Assembly: GCF_000143415.4 (NCBI RefSeq)
Contig: NW_003314296.1
Coordinates: forward strand, 1,463,858 to 1,527,857
Source of the DNA: Selaginella moellendorffii
Taxonomy: Eukaryota > Plantae > Lycopodiophyta
Direction: 5' to 3'
DNA length: 64,000 bases
In this document: one piece after another, positions 36,070 through 48,175 of the stretch
How the letters are laid out: each line of letters begins with the position of its first letter
How positions within the stretch are numbered: the stretch's first letter is position 1
The notes under the pieces: generated by a model
Seen by the model: only the letters and a program-made list of their open reading frames with translations
Told to the model about the DNA's origin: nothing
Databases searched by the model: none
Translations under genes and position numbers: made by a program

Positions 36070-37201
36070 TGTCGCGAATGTGACTTCAGGTATCGAAAGT
36101 TACCTGTCGGCTAGTCCTTTCGAATATTCTTTCCTTACTGCCATGATGGCAGGAGGTTGGTATTGCTGGACCCGTTATCAGTTTCCCACTTGAGCTAGTT
36201 GAGAAACTGGTCAATGAACATGCACTTAGATTGGATAAACATAAGGTAGGAACCCTATGTGTTTCTTGCTGAGCATACTTGGCCTGGTTTGAGAAACTTG
36301 TGTCATTGGCTTGCACTTGCTAGTATCAAGAACCCCCGCGATATTGAGATTGGTCCCTCAATATCGCTAGATGATAGCTTATCGTGTCTGCCAAACACCC
36401 TCGCTATCATGCCCTTTGTGTTAATCTCAATTCGGTCCCAAATGCTATTTATGGAAAGTGTCTAGATTCGCTCATTTGGCATATTTACGGAATGTAGAGA
36501 TCGGCTTGAACACAATGGTGTTCGTCCCATGTCCAAATTCGCAATCTAGGGACATTCCATATTTAGTAAGTTTTAAGCTTGTCCCAGAGACTAACTCCTG
36601 ATACTAAGGGAGGCTTGGGGTGAAAGCCCAAAGCGTGTGTTCCTCAAGGGGGGGGGGCTATGGGGGGTTCCAAATGTATAGTAGGGATAGTGGGTAGGTC
36701 GGGCATGGCCGACCAACCTGAGGCATAGTCTAGCTCCCGCTTGCATGCCTGTCCTTGTTCTGCGTCCGGCTTGGGTCTAAGCCCAAGTTCCATTCCATGC
36801 TAGCTGGTGGAGTACCCATGTCCTCGCGTTAGGCCACCAGTATGCCAAAATAGCGCTAGACTCCGTTTGGCTCTGTTTTGTGTGCTGGTCCTGGCATTGG
36901 GATGCTGGTTACTCCAGAACTGTTCCAAGTCGCTCCGGGCTCCTGTCCCTTCGCTCTTTGGGCTTTATGCTTGGGAGTTGCTCCGTGGTTCGGTTCCATC
37001 ACTCCTAGGCTCCACGCTTGGGAGTTTGGCACCGTTCCTTCGTTCAGTGGCCCAAGGCCCTAAACCTCAGGTTCCTGTGGACACGTGGCATGTGACATGT
37101 GGCATCTGTCACGTGGCACAAAGAGGGTTTAGGTTCCGCTTCGTGGTGTTATCCTATGGTAAATCACCATAGGATAAAGGGTCAAAACCACGTGCGCTAC
37201 A
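36070..37201 (+). mobile_element. Family D-related solo LTR (1132 bp) inserted in the family B 3' LTR
   Basis: TGTCGCG...GCGCTACA with a perfect TSD AGCAC. 36720-36850 is the reverse complement of 41900-42030. Confidence 0.88.
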
Positions 37202-38199
37202 AGCACCCAAAGGTGGAAGGCGGGGAGAGTACCCATGAGGCTTACGTAGGGCCACGATGTTCCGAAATGTTGTCCCAAAGGCCCATACTATGGAAAGGAA
37301 GAGGAGCAGTCCTCTGATGTAGTGACCAAGGATACAGTCGGGTGGTGAGGAAGTCCCAGCCCGTGGGACTTAGTGGTCGAGTCTGTGGACCTTGATCTAG
37401 TGGCAATGTTGGCGAACACGGCCATAGGCAGAAAGGGACTTGGTGAGGACCAGAAAAGGGATATTGGGGAAGGCTATTCCCCATGTCTATAGGCATTTTA
37501 AGGAGGCTAAGGAGTGGATCTGAGATGATCACTCATGGACGGATGGCCTAGTCTTTGAGAGATGGGACTGTGACGTAGGTGGTGTAAGACCACCGGTGTG
37601 ACCAAGGTGAAGGGGCATGGCCTTAGTGTAACAGGCTGATATATTGGTGGTACCTTGGGGTGTCGGTCATGGGATCGGACATGTGGAGCACTTGGACTAA
37701 GTACAATGGTTGAGGGGCTTGGATGTCATTCTTGGGGCTAGCAAGTCCTTAAGTACAAAATAGGACTTATGGAGGTTGTGAGTGAGACTCTTCAAAGTGG
37801 TTGGAGATGTGGTTAAGTGAGTAAAGTAAAATGGAAAATTTAGTTGCTTATAGCACTGTCTCTCGAATCGTTCTTTTTGGTTGCTTATGATTCACCACGC
37901 TTCCTTGCAAGTTCATGCCCTCATGAATGGAAGCTAAGAGCCGCAGCTCTCCCGAGAGCCCCACTCTCTTGACACCCTACCCCTCGAATCGAGCCTAGCT
38001 AGAGTAAACTTGACCTACTAAATATCAATCAACATGTGATGTGATTCCCCTATCCAACTAATAGAATTGGACTTGAAACTTGTCTCTGATATCAAATGTA
38101 AGCCCCTAAGTTTGGACTTCTTGAAAAGTCACTAGGATTTCAATATTGAATTTAGTGAGCTTTGTATGCCAATGAGTTTGCTTTAGCATAAGCTTTAGT

Positions 38200-41100
38200 T
38201 ACGTAACAAAGTAGCTTAGTGTGTTACTATTTGCATAAAATCTGGTATTTCCACCAAAATAGTGTCTCCAATATTCTAATGTTGACACTATAACAAACAT
38301 CTCTTTCTCATAGGTTAGCCATCTTCATTAGGTTTCATCCAATTTCTTGGAAAAAAATGCAATAGGACAACCGTATCGCCTTAACATGACACCAATCACA
38401 TTGTCACAATCTTGTCGCAACATAGCATCTATAACATAGCCAAATGCATCACAATACACTTCGAAGGGTTTATCAAGTTCTGGGATATTGAAAATAGGAA
38501 CTAAAGTCAAGATTTCCTTCAACCATACAAAAGCACGTTGATAAGTTGGTGTCTAATGAAATGGTATATTACTCTTCATTAACTCAATTAACAAAAAGCA
38601 ATACTTGCAAAATTGCAAACAAACTTATAATAGTATCTTGCCAAACCGAGAAAAGAATGAACATTTGATACAGTGGTGGGGACTTTATAAGACTTTACCA
38701 CTTCCACTTTCTTTGGATCTACCTCAATTATGCCACTACCAACTATATGCCCAAGAGAATTCATGTATAATTGTCCAAAAGTGCATTTATTTTTCTTAGC
38801 ATACAATTTGTGTTCATGAAACTTCTAAAACACTAGTTCCAAGTTTTTCAAATGATCCTCCAATATTTCATTGAAGACTAGAACATCACAGATATATAGA
38901 ACAACAAATGTGTTTGAATAATCTCTAAATATTCCATTCATCATTGTATTAAATGTTGCTAGAACATTACATAACCCAAACAGTATGACAAAGAATTTAT
39001 AGGATCCATACTAAGTCTTAAACGCTGTCTTCTTCACATCCTAATCTGCCACCCATATTTGATGATACCTGGACTACAAATCAAGTCATATAAAATACTT
39101 AGCTTTAAGATTTGGTCAAACAAGTCATCAATATAAGATAAAGTATAACTATTTTTGACTTTGATGTTTTTGAGTGCCTAATAATCAATACACATCCTCA
39201 TAGTACCATCTTTTTCCATAACAAAAAGGATTGGTGCTCTATAAGGTGACTTTCTTGGTTGGATATGACTTTTGTTAGAAAACTTCATGAGTTTCTTCTG
39301 GAGTTCAGCCATCTCCTTAATGTTCAAACAATATAGAGCCTTTGTAGGTGGTTTAGAACTTAGAACAATCTTAATCCAATGATGAACCTCACGGTTAGAA
39401 GGTAGTTTTGGTAGCAAATCTTTTAGAAAGATATCTTGATTCCACTTTAACAACTCTAATATTTCCTTTGGTACAAAATCAACCTCATCACCAATTCAAA
39501 TTGAATCACCATCACCTTTAGCTTCCATCACTTGAACCCAAAAAGTCCGACATCCCTTCTTATTTGCTTTTGAGCAGCTCTCATAATCAGGAACTTAACA
39601 TCTCAATCCTTTGAGGAGTGCTTTTACAACTGGAAGGACACATTATGACGTCCTTCTAATATTAACATGATGTGACTTTGTCTAGCACCATAAATCTCTT
39701 TTATATATTTGTTGAGGAAATCTATACCAAACATCATTTGAAAATCTAGTATCTTCAACACTATCAAGTCCAATATTTCTTTCCACTTGGATATTTTTAT
39801 TAGAACATCACTTATAAATATTTTGATTACTTGCCCACCTTCCACAAACTGGAAGTTTATGGGCAATATCTACTTAACTTTCAATCTTAACAACTCTACT
39901 AAGTTTTTAGATATCACGCTGAGTATAGCTCTTGTATCAATCATCACTCGAATTTAGTGTCCACGGACAAAGCCTATTAAATACATGAACGAATTAATGT
40001 TTGCATTGATTATGAGAAAATCTTGAGGAAAGTAACAAAAGTAACTCACCTCCTCTTCCTCATTGTCTACATTGACCAACTTGTCAACCCTTTCAGCTTC
40101 ACCTCCACCGTTTTCCTTCATGACATTGACGTAAGACTTTATTTTATGCTTATTAGAGCATTTTGAGGACATATATCCTATCTCTTCACAATAGAAGAAA
40201 TGACCCATATTACTTGTTTTGCTAAGAGTAGGTTTCACAAGTTGCTACTGCTTGTACCCACCAAAAAGAGAAATAGAAGGCCTATAACTAAAAGAACCTA
40301 CTGATGGTCACCACTACCTTTGTTAACCATTGTTTGTGAACTTTCATGGCAAAACCTTTTTCCCACCCTTTGTTTCCGATCATCTTGTTTATTCCTAGAG
40401 TTTTTATTCTTGTCCAAGGTATTAGCATATGGTTGCTGATATTGTTCCATGAGTGAATGACTGAAAGCAATTTATTGTGCTACCTCTTTACACTCTAGGT
40501 ACATCTTCCACTTAAACTTCAAAATCTCATTACAAGAAAGTGAGCTTAAACCTTCTAGGAAATAACTTTGAGCATCTTTATCACTCATATTTGCAATTAT
40601 AATGCACTTCTGAGCAAATGCATTAACATAATGTATAGGGTCCCCTTGCTACTTTAATCGTCACAACTCCGCATGAAGTCTCAAACCAAGATTGTCCAAC
40701 AAGTATTCCTTATGGATATGAGACCACATCTAAGTCCAGCTTTTAGTCTGCTCTTTTTCAGCACACACCTAGCACCACCAAGTTTTGGCATGATCGGTGA
40801 AAAAGGACTATATACACACAACTTTTGTATGATTATCTACACTTGCTGTTATGAAATAGTTTTCCATATCATAGACCCAGTCTTTTAAAACTTGATAGTC
40901 CCGCATGCCTTTGAAATTAGGTAGTTTCTGAGGCTTGAACTTTGAAACTCGTGCAATCGGGGCTGGTTGTAAAACTTTATCATCCTCAAAACTTGAAGAG
41001 GAGTCCGGCTTCTTAGGTTTAGTCAGTTTAGCTAGCTTAGCTTCTTTCTTTTTCTTCTTGTTCTCTTTCTTCAATTTGTGAACTTTCTTTTGTAAATTAT

Positions 41101-41263
41101 TGATCTCAATTTCTTGAGTTGTATGCTACAATGCCACAGCATCAAACTCTTCCTCCTTTGACTTAGCTTTAGCCTTGTCCACAGTACCTTTAGCAAGAGT
41201 TTCCTCCTCTTAATGTGCTTGTGTAGAGGTTTCAACATCCTCAGCACAGTTCCTTTTCACCAT
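38200..41263 (-). pseudogene. Decayed Ty3/gypsy gag-pol (family D), truncated after RNase H
   Basis: Gag PQKLPNFKG..DWVYDME, degenerate Zn-knuckle FYCEEIGYMSSKC, protease MIDT, RT SPYRAPILFV..DGTMRMCIDY and FLGLARYY, RNase H FEVYCDA..PIAFFSKKL. No integrase was seen. Confidence 0.9.
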
Positions 41264-41447
41264 CTTGCTCGTTGCATGCCTCTATTAGTAACTAAATATG
41301 TATACAATGTTCTTACCAAAGGGTGCAATCCAGCTAATCCTACACAGATCACTTGAATCTACTAAAAAAGTCTCTGTGTATGCAACTTGAGTCAAAATTT
41401 CAAAAAGTTGGATAGGATTTTGCTGAGACAATTCCTCTAATACTAAA

Positions 41448-42115
41448 TGTAGCACACTTGAATTTGGAGCTGAACTGCAAGCCCATTACATTATGAAATG
41501 AGGGTCCAGTACACACTCAATCTTACAAACACAAGCTCCTCATATCCAACACCTACATGTAAATTAGTGTCAAACGTTGTCTGGTATGACTTCAGTATAC
41601 AGGTGGCCTAACATGAGGAGGAGGGTACCCCACCACCTAGAGCAGCATGGAGCTTGGGTTTAGACCCAAGCTGGATGTAGAACAAGAAGCAACATAGCCC
41701 AATAGGAGCCAAACTAATGTCTTAGATGGTAAGATATGCATTAAAACCACTATCTTTATTATACATTTAAAATCCCTAATAGCCCCTCCCACCCTCTGTT
41801 TTTGATCACCTTGTTTATATACAGGTGCCAGATATGGGGAGTTGATGCTGTAAAATTGAGTGTGTACCAGACCCTCATTTTGTAGTGCAATAGGCTTAGA
41901 GTTTGGTATACTAGTGGCCAAACATGAGGAGGAAAGTACCCCACCAACTAGAGTAGCGTGGATCTTGGGTTTAGACCCAAGTCAGATATAGAACAAGAAG
42001 CAACACAGCTCAACGGGAGCCAAACTAATGTTTCAGATGGTTTGATATATATTCTAACCATTATCTTTATTATACATTTGCAACCCCCTCCCCCTCCCCC
42101 CAATTGAATTCCCAA
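41448..42115 (-). mobile_element. Family D 5' LTR with an internal tandem duplication
   Basis: On the minus strand it ends GTGCTACA and is followed by a degenerate iMet PBS (TAGTATTAGAG, 41445-41435). 41580-41790 is duplicated at 41900-42090. Confidence 0.78.
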
Positions 42116-42860
42116 TGTAAGTGACTAAATTTTCCATTCTACTTTAGTCATTTAACCACATCTTTGACCACTTGGAGGAGTCTTATTTATAACCTTTATA
42201 AGTCTTATTCTTGACTTAAGGACATGCTAACCCCATGAATAATATCTATACCACTTAGCTTTTACACTTGGTCTAAGTGCTTCATATGTCTGATCCCATG
42301 ATAGAAACCCAAAGGTATCACTTATATATCAACTTGCTACACTAGGCTAGATCCATTCACTTTTGTCTCATGGGTAGTCTAAATTACCCCACTTATTTGT
42401 TCATGTTTACTCTAGTTTTGGACTCTTCAATATTTATATCATCACCCACCACACGGGTATAGCCTTCCTTGGTCACACTAGCCTTTCTTGGCTAAACTGG
42501 TTCCACTAAATTCTTACCCTTACTATCCTTTTGGAACTCACCAAACCCTCTAGGGTCTGGGAGACAATTGCTTTGGGCTTTCATCTTGGACTTGAATTTG
42601 GACTCAGACTTGAACTCAGATTTGAACTTGGACTCGGTCTTGGTACTAGTTTTGGTCTCGGTCTCAATCTTGGTCTCAGTCTTGGTCTCGGTCTTTATTC
42701 AGTCTTGGTCTTTGTCCGTTCTCAATCCCTATCTTGGACTCTTTCTCAGACTCCATCTTGGAATTCTACTTGAACTCCATCTCGGACTCCTCTGAGACTC
42801 CTTCTGAGACTCCATCTCAAATTCTTGTTCAGACTCTATCTCGAAATCTTGCTCAGATTG
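42116..42860 (-). mobile_element. Deleted, degenerate family B LTR
   Basis: Reverse complement of the family B 3' end (TGTAAGTGACTAAATTTTCCAT), the GGGTGAAAGCCC region and the GAGACC/GAGTCC arrays. Confidence 0.8.
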
Positions 42861-44568
42861 TAAATCTTATCTCCCAAATAGATATGTGTAGGTCAAGTGA
42901 CCTTACTAATGCATAGGTACATTTTGACAATATGAAAGGGTATTGGGTTGGCCAACCATGAGAGCTCATATATATGATTCGAGATAGTTATTTTTTCTTA
43001 CTATCTTAAAATGGTTTTAAGCATTACTCTTTTTATAGGCTATATTTTAACTTGACAATTGTAATAAGAGAATTTAAAATACAAGACCAAATAGCCTAGG
43101 AAATATTTTGAAAGTCCCTCTTTGACATTGTAATGAAGCGGATTAGTAAGCCTGCCAACTTTTGCAGTTTCATGGCAAATGGGGCTAGGGCTAATTGGAA
43201 TGGTGTCTAGGAAATTTTTCAAAATGGTTAACCCCTAGAAGGTTGTGAGAAGACTTGTGAGTTCCATTGGGCTTAAAGCCTAAACCAAAAATACCACCTT
43301 ATTAAGCTAGGTTTTTAATTAGCATTTAAGGAGTTGTGTAAACAATAACAAGTTGCACCTTTTGAAAAAGAGCATGAGGCAAAAGCAAATAAAATCTGAA
43401 TATGGTGGTGTGAAGATGGCTATACGGATATAAATTGGGATGGTGGGAAATTAAGATATTCTAATGGGGATATAACTCTCTTCAAGTTGGTTTTTCTTTT
43501 TTCTTCTCTTTTTATTGCTTTTTAATATTATATTTTTCATTAGGATTAACCACTTTAGGATCTCATATACACCCCAAATCTCTCAGAGAATAAACGTTGA
43601 AGCTAGTGTTCCTCTAAGGTAGGAAAACGGAAGATGAGTATATATAAAGTATGTCTATTAGATTTGATACGTGCTATAGAGTAGTCTTCAAAAGCCTTGG
43701 CATTTAAGGAAAGAAGATACATGGGAATAAGACCTTCAATTGATATGTTACACAATCTGATGAAAAAGAAAGTGACTTTACCAGCATGAACAGTTATAGT
43801 AGAGGAAGTGGTCTACAACATATATATGGAGTACACTCTTTGAGCTTTTATTGGTGATATAAAGACCATCCGCTTAAAGCATTACTTTTCCTTTGTTGGT
43901 GAAGAAGTTAGCACGGACTTTAGAGCAAAAAGCTCTCACAAGCTTGATGTTAAGTATTATTTTGCTCCAAGACACTACTCCAGACTGAGCTACTTCAAGT
44001 GGCTGATGAAGAAAATGCATCATAACATATTAAAATCACTTACCATCGCGTGGAGTCAAAGTAATAAGCAATCTACTAAGTGCTAACAAAATCCAATGTA
44101 AGGTATGTGGGAATGTTTTTAAGGGGCAAATGTTAAGTTTAAATCCGTGGTGATAAGTCTACTTTAATTCTAACCCCATGTTCTATGGGGAACAAAAACA
44201 AATAAGATTTTCAAGATAGTGCTAGTTATATTGCTACAACACTAAAGCCAACCATACGAAGTGGCTTGAAGACACTATAGTGAAAGACTATTAATGTTTA
44301 TTCCCTATTAATATTATAAACTTATTATACTTTATATAATTAATAAAAGAATATTTTTTCATTTCACATTTCATTTCACATCATATCAACCATTAAACTC
44401 TATTGGCAATAAACAACCTTACTTCAAAACCTACTGACTAGTATAGCTAATATTTGCAAGTGTTCTTTTCATAATACTGCCTATAGTACTCATGTGTCTC
44501 CATTTCTGTATTTACCATTTCAAAAAATATTTTATAGTAGTCTTTCTTAGTGTGTCATAAGATTATAT

Positions 44569-44762
44569 TGTAAGCAACTAAAGAGAATAACTTAAAAGAC
44601 AATCTATAAGGTTTAAATATAGAAAAAAATGGCCCATAAATAGAAGTGTACCCCCTTTTCCAATTAGTTAAGGATCTTGGGATATTTGAGGTTAAACATC
44701 CTTGGGTTTGAATAGTATTGGGTTGGGTGACCACCCGGGAATTTTAAATTCAAAAGCTTACA
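44569..44762 (+). mobile_element. Family C solo LTR (194 bp) with a 5S rRNA-derived segment
   Basis: TGTAAGC...GCTTACA termini with TSD tatat/catat. 44688-44743 reads GAGGTTAAACATCCTTGGG..TAGTATTGGGTTGGGTGACCACCCGGGAAT, which resembles the plant 5S A-box/IE/C-box region. Confidence 0.8.
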
Positions 44763-45539
44763 CATATATGCCATCATATTGATCATTACCATTATTTCTA
44801 TTATATACCATTATATTGATCATTACCATTGTTTCTATTGAAAGTCACTAAAATATATAGGGCATTTCTTAAAAGTCATGAAATTGCAATTTTTAAAAAT
44901 AAGTAGGAGAGTATTCTTTTTCACCTAATTTTTTACACCCTTTGTCATTACATATATCTTTATCTTGTAAGAAAGATTGCAAGAATTAAAATTATCAATA
45001 TTAAAATCTAAAGATATATATGTGTATTTTTCTCTCTTTGAATAAAAGTGCAAGTGAAGTTCTATAAATTCTAAATACTATACTATGAAAAATCCCTCAA
45101 GAATGCATTCTAGAGAAGAATCAAGTCTCTCTTTTATATGTAATAAACTTACATCAATGGTTGTGTTTTTTCCTTTCAAACAGCTATATAGCCTTATATA
45201 GAATCTTATTTCAAATTTAATAGTTTTTAAATTCTGAAAAACCTAACATTTACTAGCCAAAAATCACGAAGTACAAATTTGAGGAAGTGACAAGAATACT
45301 TTTCTGCAAACATCTGATTTTATGTTCTAACAAACATCTCTATTATGGCATATAATTAATATTTAAATTGTTAGAACAAGAATTGTCCTTTAGAACATTT
45401 TTATTTAAATAATATGTAGAGAGTTATAAAATTATTAGGATTGTCATAACCTTAATATTTTAAAGTTTATAATATTTATATTAAATTATAATTGAAAATT
45501 GAGCTCAACTCGTGAGCTTAAGAGTGGTCCACACTCAAT

Positions 45540-47438
45540 AGAGGTGAATGCTACTGTTGTTACTTGTGTTCAAGAACAAAGGCAAGAATGTGATTGTGGC
45601 CATGATCACTACCATACATGTGATGAGGTTGGCCACACATATAAGTGTTTTCAACATTTTCCATATTGGCATCTTTTATTTCTTGGGTGGAGTCCTGGGT
45701 CAATACATTCTTACTAGTGTTGTTACAGTGAAAAATTTGAATAGATTTTAAGGAATGAGAAATTGTGTGAGTAGTAAAGGGTCCTTGTCTGACTAAATCA
45801 GTAATCCCTCCATCTTTCTTTCCAGTATGGTGAATTAATGATTCACTCTATACTAATTCATTTGGTGGTTTACTTTCTAAATTCGTTTTTATAACAACAA
45901 TTATTCTTTCTATATTGGTTGATATAAGCTCAAGTTCATCTTTTATTCCTTGATCTATTGCCACCTGATGCCGTCTATATTTACTTTGTGTAGCAGAATC
46001 AATTTTCATTCTTTATCGCAACGACTGTATACATACATGTGCATGAGATGGGGCAAACCTAATTGTGCATATGAGCGATCTCAAGTTTGAATTTCAGTCA
46101 TTGCGAGTGGTGCCGAATCAAGTTTTTGACCTCATCTTTAATATAGATTAGTTGCAGTGCAATCACGCTGATATAACTTTAATACTTTTCCCCTTTGTCT
46201 TATACTTTTTTATATTTCTTTCATTCTTTTCACTTCTGTTCTTCTTCATCTATTTGCTTTTACTTTTGCTTCCATTACTTTTGTCTTCCCATTATTTCTT
46301 TATATATTTCTGTCTTGTTCCTCTATTTCCTTTTTACATCCCTTTATGGTCTTTGTGTTGCAATGGTTGAGTAACTCACAAAGAAGTATATCAATCTCTT
46401 CAAATTTGACCTGTTATCTAGGGCCAAAATTGCAACATGTCATCTTATTTTAAATAGTGATGCTCATTCAATCAAATTTTTTGTTTATCATTGGTCACTA
46501 AAGGAGATCAAAATTTTACATATAAACATCAAAAAGATGTTAGAGAAGGGTGTTATTTGAATATCAAGAAGTTTTTATGTGTATGAACCTCATTTTATAA
46601 TGAAACCTATTGGGAGTCTTCATTTCTACATCGACTAAATCCTTGGGCATGTGAATTTCATCTTGTGATGATACTTAATGGGAGTATTTGTTTATGCATT
46701 GAATATTATTACTTTCAAATAACAACTTTCTCTAACATTTCCTTGACGTTTACATGTAAAATTTTGATCTTCTTTAGTGAATGACAATAGAAACCTTGAT
46801 TAAATGAGCATTCCCAATTAAAATAAGATAATGTATTGCAATCTTGGCCCTGGATAATAAGTCAAATTTGAAGAAATTAACATACTACTTCATGATCCGG
46901 TCAACTACTATAACACAAAAACCATCAAAGGGATCTAATATTTCTATTTTATTCCTTTATTTCCTCTTCTTTGGGGAGATGGATTGTCCCTCCAAATTAC
47001 ACTTAATAAAATATTATTTTTGATTTAAAGGTAATATATAATATTTAACAAAAGTAAGAGGAATAAAAGAAATATAAGGAAGTACTAGATAAGGATGAGA
47101 AGCCTCAAAGTCACATATGACATGATTGAGCCACAACTAATCTATATTAATGATGAGGTTAAAAGCTTGACTCAACATCATCCATAATTACTCAAGCTTA
47201 AACTCAAGATTGCTCACATGCACAATTAAATCCACTTCATCCTATAGACATATGTATGTCCAGCCATTGCCAAAAAGAATAAAAATTAGCTCTGTTACAC
47301 AATGTAAATGTAAATGGCAACATATAGCAATAAGCCGAGCAATAAAAGATAAACTCAAGCTTGTATCAATGAACATGGAGAGAATAATAAAAAACTTTTT
47401 ATTATCAAAACGAACTTGAAAAATAAACATTAGATGAA
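45540..47438. repeat. Inverted pair of an AT-rich decayed retroelement fragment, also homologous to ~5150-6400
   Basis: 46340-46565 is the reverse complement of 46710-46935, and 45850-46200 of 47100-47438. The left arm runs into RT-start motifs (KMLEKGVI, F/L-x-I-D/E). Confidence 0.75.
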
Positions 47439-47669
47439 TGTGAGACACAAAATCCCTAGGCCCCAAAGTGGAGCCGGAAGGGCGCCACATGGTAGTGGCC
47501 GAAGCGAGAGCCAAACGAGCATAACACGTTTGGACCAAAAGCTCCGACTTGAAAAGTCAAGAGCGGGAGTGGAACTCCCAACGAAGTGCTCGAGGAACGA
47601 GCACGAAGCGAGCAAAAAGCGAGGCTCCAAAAAGGGACCCAAAAGGACCAACACATGACACGTGGAAGT

Positions 47670-48175
47670 GTCCGAGATGGACTCGAGTTGGAGTCCGAAG
47701 TGGAGTCCGAGATGGACCCGAGTTGGAGTCCGAAGTGGAGTCCGAGATGGACCCGAGATGGAGTCCGAGATGGACCCGAGATGGAGTCCGAGATGGAGTC
47801 CGAGAAGGAGTCCGAGGTGGACCCGAGATGGACCCGAAATGGAGTCCGAGATGGAGTCCGAGATGGACCCGAGATGGAGTCCGAGATGGAGTCCGAGATG
47901 GACCCGAAATGGAGTCCGAGATGGACCCGAGATGGAGTCCGAGATGGAGTCCGAGATGGAGTCCGAGATGGAGTCCGAGATGGAGTCCAAAGTCGAGACC
48001 GAGACCGGGACCGAGACTGAGACCGAGACCGAGACCGAGACCGAGATCGGGACCGAGACCGAGACCGAGGCCGAGGCCGAGACCGAGCCCGAGTCCGAGT
48101 CCGAGTCCGAGTCTGAGTCCGAGTCCGAGTCCGAGTCCGAGTCCGAGTCCGAGTCCGAGTCCGAGTCCGAGTCCA
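47670..48175 (+). repeat. LTR minisatellite/microsatellite block (11-12-mers GAGATGGAGTCC/GAGATGGACCC, then GAGACC and GAGTCC hexamers)
   Basis: Directly visible, and repeated at 53525-54018 and in all family B LTRs. Confidence 0.95.

Larger units (their letters stand above)
27602..37852 (+). mobile_element. Older full-length family B non-autonomous LTR element with nested insertions
   Basis: 5' LTR 27602-29380, PBS-like TGGTATCGTAG, internal region colinear with 49180-53294, PPT ATGGGTGGTGGAGT, 3' LTR 35179-37852, and a degenerate TSD ggacc/gcact. Confidence 0.88.
27439..38150 (-). mobile_element. Family C TRIM (Cassandra-like), split by the family B insertion
   Basis: On the minus strand: partial 5' LTR ending GCTTACA (38097), PBS TGATATCAGAG (38094-38084), ~200-bp internal region, PPT GGAAGCGTGGTGAAT (37904-37890), and a 3' LTR split into 37889-37858 plus 27601-27439. 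Confidence 0.7.

Noticed and set aside
47670-47990. CRISPR-like array
   Set aside because: Tandem repeats without unique spacers, in a eukaryotic LTR context.
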